A stretch of DNA of 64,000 nucleotides from Deltaproteobacteria bacterium (GTDB lineage Bacteria > Myxococcota > Kuafuiibacteriia > Kuafuiibacteriales > Kuafuiibacteriaceae): assembly GCA_040218735.1 (NCBI GenBank), contig JAVJQW010000017.1, forward strand, positions 64,001-128,000, read 5' to 3'. The notes beneath the pieces were generated by a model that saw only the letters and a program-made list of their open reading frames with translations, did no database searches and was not told the DNA's origin. Each line of letters begins with the position of its first letter. The first letter of the stretch is position 1. Below are positions 59,301-64,000 of the stretch, one piece after another. The translations under genes were made by a program, and so were the position numbers.

Positions 59301-59865
59301 TTTCGTAGAGCTTCAGAGCGTTCTGCTTGATGAGCTCGGACTTACGCAGGAAGTCCTTGATCTTCGGCGGGTCACCGCGCTGCCCCGCGTCCGCCCACTC
59401 GTTGTACGACTTCTCGTACGTGTCCATCTCGAGGCCGTACTTGTACTTGGACTTCTCCCAGTACAGCTCGGCGAGACGGAAGATCATCTCGGCCTTGCGG
59501 CTCGACGGTGCTTTCGGGATGAGCTTCTTCAGCTCTTCGATCGCCTCGTCGCGCTTCTTGTCGGCCTGCTGCGTGCGCGCGACCGCTTTTTGGTCGAGCT
59601 CGGTCTCGACCTTGAACGACGCGGCACCCGCGCGCGCGAAGGGATCGTCCTTCTTCTTGGCGTCAGCGGGCGCTTCCGCCTTCGCCTCCTCGACCTTCTT
59701 CTTCTTCTTCTTCTTCGTGCGACGCTTCTTCTTACGTCGACGCTTCTTCTTGGCGATGGCCTCTGTGGGCCAGGCGCCCTCCGTGACGAAGCCCACGACC
59801 GCCGTGAGGCCGAGGATCAGGAAGAGCTGCCGGAGCAGGGTGAGAAGACGAAAGCGATGCAACAT
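56386..59865 (-). CDS. gltD: Large periplasmic TPR protein GltD/AgmU
   Basis: FRLAELYWE, LYKLAWC, long TPR array, APLPRRLTDDQLEIY...PEEKA C-terminus. Confidence 0.87.
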   Translation of the reverse strand: MLHRFRLLTLLRQLFLILGLTAVVGFVTEGAWPTEAIAKKKRRRKKKRRTKKKKKKKVEEAKAEAPADAKKKDDPFARAGAASFKVETELDQKAVARTQQADKKRDEAIEELKKLIPKAPSSRKAEMIFRLAELYWEKSKYKYGLEMDTYEKSYNEWADAGQRGDPPKIKDFLRKSELIKQNALKLYEKVMTEYPTYERNDEVLFYLGYNEYEAGNKKKAVSHYWTLIKQFPKSRLVPDAYLQLGEHFFNDNNVMKARKALERALAAKSNRIYNYALYKLAWCDYNIQEYGAGITKLKEVIDRSEKAGDKKSVQLKAEALGDLARFFSYVDETDTAFAYFKKKGSEDIAIRYTTKLGALFHDQGKWNLEIKTYRMLIDKYPMHDKSPYLQASIVEAYSQLNKKEKVRKEVERLVDLYRPGTPWYRYQQDRGDDGKASLEYAYDLTESKLRDLVTEYHRDAQKRKDVPTYELARDIYAKYLEAFSNTDSAYELRFFYGEVLWALKEWKKAADIYTKVATTQPDKKAAGKYARTAAYNAILAYEKVIAEGKEGKLDRSMKVVEKKAKGKSEASRTTQIKLAGLQEGKKYDEEPIPEDELRLSQACDLYFKIADPKDNELPAIKFKAAYLYYKHNHFVAAAERYNEIIERWPGDKLSKKAANLILDSLNVQKKWDELAGYARGFKDNKKLSRGDKKFQEEVQTILEGATYLSIQTGEKKARDLGDPVAKEEALATIATRFSQFQKDFPDSQYADKAIYSAVLIYNQADELDHAIEASELMKRKYEKSDLAIKNDWLLAEFYERIADFERSAQLYGKYYKDYDKDEKAADALYNSGLYYEGLGDRDKAIDQFTEYTKEFKKKDDAALVYWRICELHEAGKDWKKALKCFDDFSKKYAKASAAKKFESRYRVALAHEKLGKRRDALKEYTALVKQYPKLKKKDQDADGARLAGAHAAFELLEGEWTGFKNMKLTLNRKTLQKKLAGAEALACVDSGGNKCKSPGKYLAVLEYGNGDYGICALTRMGQVYREMANSIRNAPLPRRLTDDQLEIYRAELDTVALGPEEKAIGAFERALDKAYELNIYNECTLTSQGNLKELNPNKFPDLQKRKFRGAEGFIVADVRAAPAGGEMMEEEPAEEVDTMDAGEGDAAAEEAEAATGARE

Positions 59866-60145
59866 ACGCGGGATACCTCGTGCTTCGGGGCTTCGAAGCC
59901 CCAAACGAATGCGGACCATGCCCGACAGATCCTGGGCTCGGGACCCGTCGGACGACCGATGCGCCATTCTTTGAGGGAGGGCGTACCGGACGGTCAAGAC
60001 CGAATCCCGGCTCATGAGCACGAGTCGGCGCCGACTGTCGGAATGAATCACCTGATGTGGGACATTGAGCTGACGCGCTGCGCCAGATGGCGCGGCGGGG
60101 AACTTCGAAACTGGGGACGGGGGAGATGAATGGGGACGGGGAACG

Positions 60146-60179
60146 GCGCTCCCCGTCGCGCTTCGCGCTCAGGGAGCGC
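60146..60179 (-). terminator. Hairpin between gltC and gltD
   Basis: GCGCTCCC...GGGAGCGC with inner GCGC-TTC-GCGC; weak U-tract. Confidence 0.4.
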
Positions 60180-60181
60180 TG

Positions 60182-61693
60182 CTACTGGAACACGGCCTCG
60201 ATGCACTCGTCCTTGATCGAGTGCTCGTAGTACCCGAGCTCGTCGATCCAGTACTCGCCGAGGAACGCCCAGTACTGGAACTTGGCGTTCGGCACGATCG
60301 GGCGCGGACCCTTGGCGCGCGGCCCCTTCGTGATGTCCTTACCGGCCTCGAGCATCTTGCGCTCGGCGTCCGCCGTCTCGAACTTGATGATGCGCGCCTG
60401 GTTCAGGAAGTCGTCGAGGAAGACCGCCTCGCGGCGGAGCTGGTCGCGCACCAGCTTGCCGGTGAGCGCCACGCGCTGCTCGCGCTGGTCCTCGAGCAGA
60501 CCGATCAGCTGAGCCTTGAACCCGCCCTCCGGGAACGACGACTTCGCCTTGCCGAGCTCGGCGTCCACTTCGCGGACCTGCGAGAGGAACTTCTGGAAGC
60601 GACGGTTGTTCGAGAGCTGCAGCCGGATCTCCGACGGGAACTTGTCGTTACCGTCCACCACCAGCTCGACCATCTCGGCGTCCGTCTGGTCGCCGTCGAG
60701 CCAGGGCTTCAGTTTCTCGGACATCGGCTCGTAGAGCGCGAAGAAGTCGTCGAGCGCGCTCCGCACGCGATCGAAGTGGCACATCTGGAAGTACGTCGTC
60801 GCCTTCAGGACGAACGACTCCGCGCGGTACCGGTCGTCGAAGTACGGCGACTGGATCGAGTGCACCATCCCGAGCGCCTTACCGAACTGCGCGTTCTGGT
60901 AGTACGCCCAGCCCGACTCGAACATCGCGTCGTACCAGTCCTCCGAGAAACGCGGCACCTTCTCGTAGTAGTTCACGCTGTCCTGGAAGGAGCCCTGCGA
61001 GAAGTACGCGCGCGCCTTACCGAGGAGCGCGAGGCGGTACAGCTTCTTGTTCGAGTCGTCGGTCGCCGCAGCGAGCGCTTCCTCGATCTCCGAGAAGTGT
61101 TTGATCGCCTCGCCGTAGTCCTCGGCGCCCTGCTCCGTCGCCGTCTTCACGGCCATGATCGCCAGGAGGTAGCGCGCCTTGATGTAATACGGGGACGACG
61201 ACGTCACCGCTTCCAGGAACTGCTTCGCCTCCTGGTAGTCACCACGACGCTGCGAGATCATCCCGATCATGTAGTTGATCGAGTTGAGCTGCTCGGCCTT
61301 GAGCCGCGCGAACGCCTGCGAGTAGCCCTTGTTGACCACCTCGGGGATGAGCGTGTCGTCGCCGATCTCGTCCGCGACGTTCAGCAGCCCCTCGGTCGCC
61401 TTCAGGAAGTACGGGTGGTCCTCACCCTGGTTGAAGACCTCGCCGTAGAACTGGTACGCCGGCAGCAGGTACCCCGCCTTGTAGAGCGAGTGGGCGAGGT
61501 AGTACTCGGCCTTCACCTTCGCGTCCGGGTCGTCCGAGTTCTCCATCACGTCGTAGAACAGGAACGCGGCGTCCTCGTGTTTGTCCGAGTTGTACGCCTG
61601 GATCGCGCCGTCGATGTCCTGCGCGTTCGCGGCGCCGGCGACGTGCATCACGCCACCGAACACCAAGAGCGGAAGTGCTTTCGTTCGAAGCAT
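60182..61693 (-). CDS. gltC: Gliding TPR protein GltC
   Basis: Signal peptide, TPRs, C-terminal YWAFLGEYWIDELGYY...C. Confidence 0.9.
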   Translation of the reverse strand: MLRTKALPLLVFGGVMHVAGAANAQDIDGAIQAYNSDKHEDAAFLFYDVMENSDDPDAKVKAEYYLAHSLYKAGYLLPAYQFYGEVFNQGEDHPYFLKATEGLLNVADEIGDDTLIPEVVNKGYSQAFARLKAEQLNSINYMIGMISQRRGDYQEAKQFLEAVTSSSPYYIKARYLLAIMAVKTATEQGAEDYGEAIKHFSEIEEALAAATDDSNKKLYRLALLGKARAYFSQGSFQDSVNYYEKVPRFSEDWYDAMFESGWAYYQNAQFGKALGMVHSIQSPYFDDRYRAESFVLKATTYFQMCHFDRVRSALDDFFALYEPMSEKLKPWLDGDQTDAEMVELVVDGNDKFPSEIRLQLSNNRRFQKFLSQVREVDAELGKAKSSFPEGGFKAQLIGLLEDQREQRVALTGKLVRDQLRREAVFLDDFLNQARIIKFETADAERKMLEAGKDITKGPRAKGPRPIVPNAKFQYWAFLGEYWIDELGYYEHSIKDECIEAVFQ

Positions 61694-61695
61694 CG

Positions 61696-62616
61696 TCAGT
61701 TGTCCTCACCACCGAGCAGGAAGCTCACACCGAGCTGCGCGTAGACGTTGCTGCGGATCGCGTCCGTGAACCGCTGCGTCGCCTCCTGCGTCTCGGGGCG
61801 GTAGACCCGCGCCGAGAACAGGTAGTCCTTGATCTCGAACTTCAGGCCGAGCCAGTTCGAGAAGTAGAAGCGAACACCGCCCGAGAGCGAGCCCATCACC
61901 TGCAGCGACGCCGGCTCGTAGACCTCTTCGAACTGGTCGCCCATCAGCGGCGGCGCCGCCGGGCACTCCTCGTTCGGGAACGCGACGGGGTCGAGCGCGG
62001 TGCCCGGCGTGCAGCGCACGCGGGTCTGACCGACGCCGACGCCAGCGCCGACGTAGAAGTTGAAGTTACCGAGCGAGGCGCCGAACAGCTGGACCTTCCC
62101 GTAGATGGGGCTCCACTGCACGCCGAGGCCGGCCGCCCAGAGCATCTGGGTCAGCTTCGCCGTCTCCGGCGTCAGCTTGCCCTTCTGCAGAATCTCGCGC
62201 GTCAGCCCCGACTCGGTCGGGAACATGTAGCCGCCGAACAGCTCGATGCCGAAGTTCTCCGCCACGTGGTACGTCACGCTCCCCGCCGGCGCGAACGTCT
62301 GCACGAACCGGTCGGTGAACGACGCCGCGAGGAGCGGGGTCAGCTCGAACTTGCCGTCGACGAGGAACGCCTTCCGCTGGACGGCGTAGATCGTCTCTTC
62401 CTGGTCCGCGATACGCGCGAAGGGCGCGTCGTCGTCGGCCATCTCTTCCGAGGCGTCCGCCCCGTCGTCCGCGGCCTCTTCCGTCGCCGCGCCGTCGGTG
62501 GGCGCGAGCGGATCGACCTCTTCGGTTTCAGCCTCGTCGTCCTGCGCGAACGCGAAGGTCGGCACCGCGACCGCCGCCGACAGAACGAAGGCCATCGTCT
62601 TGAACGCGCGCATCAT
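61696..62616 (-). CDS. gltA: OM beta-barrel GltA-like
   Basis: AVQRKAFL...FELTP, WSPIYGK; symbol assigned from B-A-C gene order. Confidence 0.75.
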   Translation of the reverse strand: MMRAFKTMAFVLSAAVAVPTFAFAQDDEAETEEVDPLAPTDGAATEEAADDGADASEEMADDDAPFARIADQEETIYAVQRKAFLVDGKFELTPLLAASFTDRFVQTFAPAGSVTYHVAENFGIELFGGYMFPTESGLTREILQKGKLTPETAKLTQMLWAAGLGVQWSPIYGKVQLFGASLGNFNFYVGAGVGVGQTRVRCTPGTALDPVAFPNEECPAAPPLMGDQFEEVYEPASLQVMGSLSGGVRFYFSNWLGLKFEIKDYLFSARVYRPETQEATQRFTDAIRSNVYAQLGVSFLLGGEDN

Positions 62617-63359
62617 TCATCCCCTCCGAACGCGAACTGCACGCCCGCCTGGAAGTGAAGGTTGAACGTGAAGCCGCCGACCTGGTTCGCCGGATCCGCG
62701 TAGTTCGCAGGATCGGGATAGAAGTAGTCGCGGAACTCGAGGCGCAGCGCCACGAGACGGCTGAAGTAGAACCTCAGGCCGAGGCCGAAGTTGAACATGG
62801 GACCGACCGCCGTCTCGTGCGAGACACCGGCGTTCGGGTCGCCCGTGAAGCCGCCGCTCTTGCGACGCGTCCCCGCGACGCCCGCACCCGCCACGAAGAA
62901 CAGGTCGAACGACGGGTCGAGCTCCGACGCGAACGAGATCTTGCCGTAGACCGGGACGAACATGACGTCCGCTCCCGCCATCCACTGCAGCTGGAACTGA
63001 TCGGACAGCTCCGGCTCCGAACCGAAGTTGCGTCGAATCTCGTCCATGATGCTCGTCTCGCTCCCGAAGAAGTAGCCTCCGTGGAACTCGAGGCCGAGGA
63101 GGTCCGAGAAGTTGAACTGATAGGCGCCCATGACGCCGATCGACTCCACGAACTTCGTCACCATCGATGTGGAGAAGAAGAGCGACGCCTGGTGTCGGCC
63201 CGACATACCGAACCGTTTGTCGACGAGGACCGGCAACAGCGCCGGATCCTCACCGCCCTGGAGCGCGAACGCTTCCGCGGCGGGAGCTAAGCACGCCGCG
63301 CCGGCGAGGAAGCCGACGAGGAGTGACCGAGTCGTTTTGCTGGGCCTTCTGGACATCAT
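62613..63359 (-). CDS. gltB: OM beta-barrel GltB-like
   Basis: Paralog of the neighbour (PVYGK, GLRFYFS, EFRDY); symbol assigned from gene order. Confidence 0.72.
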   Translation of the reverse strand: MMSRRPSKTTRSLLVGFLAGAACLAPAAEAFALQGGEDPALLPVLVDKRFGMSGRHQASLFFSTSMVTKFVESIGVMGAYQFNFSDLLGLEFHGGYFFGSETSIMDEIRRNFGSEPELSDQFQLQWMAGADVMFVPVYGKISFASELDPSFDLFFVAGAGVAGTRRKSGGFTGDPNAGVSHETAVGPMFNFGLGLRFYFSRLVALRLEFRDYFYPDPANYADPANQVGGFTFNLHFQAGVQFAFGGDE

Positions 63360-63488
63360 GTTCCTGATATCGCGCGCCAAATGGGCGATTCGGGTGTGCC
63401 GCTACCATGCACCCGGTAGGGTGACAACAGTGGCGTTCTCATTCCGCCGATTAACCGATTGGGGTTCCGCCGAGGCGACCGCTTCGGG

Positions 63489-63998
63489 TCAGTCCAACTG
63501 GACCATGCCGTAGGGTGTTCGGTAGGCGCCGACGTTGTCCGCGCGGAAGTACCCGAGGCTCATCGCCCCGTCGATCGCGATGATGTTCACGCGGTCGTCC
63601 GTGTACGGATCCGAGGCCATCACGCCGGCCGGTCCGTACGCCGTGAGGTGGTCCCAGTCGATGTTCGGGTTCGGCACGGCGTTCACCATGACCCGGACGC
63701 CGTCCATACCGATCCGCGCGATGCTGGAGCCCGAGGCGATGTAGAGGCTCCCGTCCGCGGCCCGCGCGAGGGCCGAGATGTTGGCGACCTCCGTCGCGAA
63801 CTCGTCGATCGGCGCGGACATCTCGGGCACGTACTGGAGGATCTTCCGCGTCGACGTCTCGCCGGCCAGGAAGCTGTTGTCGGGCCCCGGCGCGATCCCG
63901 TCGAACCGAAGCGTCGGATCGGTCGGGACGATCGAGCGGATATACGTCCCGTCCTCGGCGAACACCACGAACCGCACGACCGGCGTCCGGTTGCTCCG
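63489..63998 (-). CDS. Beta-propeller (NHL/SMP-30-like) protein, 5' truncated by window
   Basis: Repeated blades GIAPGPDNSFLA, ALARAADGSLYIA. Confidence 0.6.
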   Translation of the reverse strand, partial: RSNRTPVVRFVVFAEDGTYIRSIVPTDPTLRFDGIAPGPDNSFLAGETSTRKILQYVPEMSAPIDEFATEVANISALARAADGSLYIASGSSIARIGMDGVRVMVNAVPNPNIDWDHLTAYGPAGVMASDPYTDDRVNIIAIDGAMSLGYFRADNVGAYRTPYGMVQLD

Positions 63999-64000
63999 CA

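Noticed and set aside
63489-63998. gltK/cglC by position
   Set aside because: Visible part looks like a beta-propeller and is truncated; no support for the name

Overview
High-GC (visually about 70%) chromosomal window, most likely from a Myxococcota bacterium. Conserved backbone: an NtrC-type two-component locus, a cglD-like adhesin, an ECF sigma/anti-sigma pair, two MshEN proteins, a LolA-like lipoprotein, TPR and OmpA genes, miaE/EVE, a minus-strand run ihfB-mnmA-rnc-ppi-era-der, surE-nlpD-apt, tRNA-Arg(CCT), tRNA-Pro(GGG), and a contiguous Glt/Nfs-type gliding cluster (gltB-A-C-D-E-F-G-H). The best candidate for an undescribed system is the 18.3-25.5 kb block. It encodes an ECF sigma factor translationally coupled to a zinc anti-sigma/TM/TPR/CHAT caspase-like protease fusion. 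It also encodes a signal-less S8 subtilase transcribed divergently from an 84-aa protein that resembles a free copy of its own prodomain, plus a STAND-like ATPase-wHTH regulator. Other notable items: a HipA-like kinase + HIRAN pair near tRNA-Pro, a lipoprotein resembling a GltC::GltD chimera, near-leaderless sigma54 promoters, and an intergenic GGTCNN microsatellite. All calls were made by eye from motifs and gene context; no searches were run, and several start codons are estimates.
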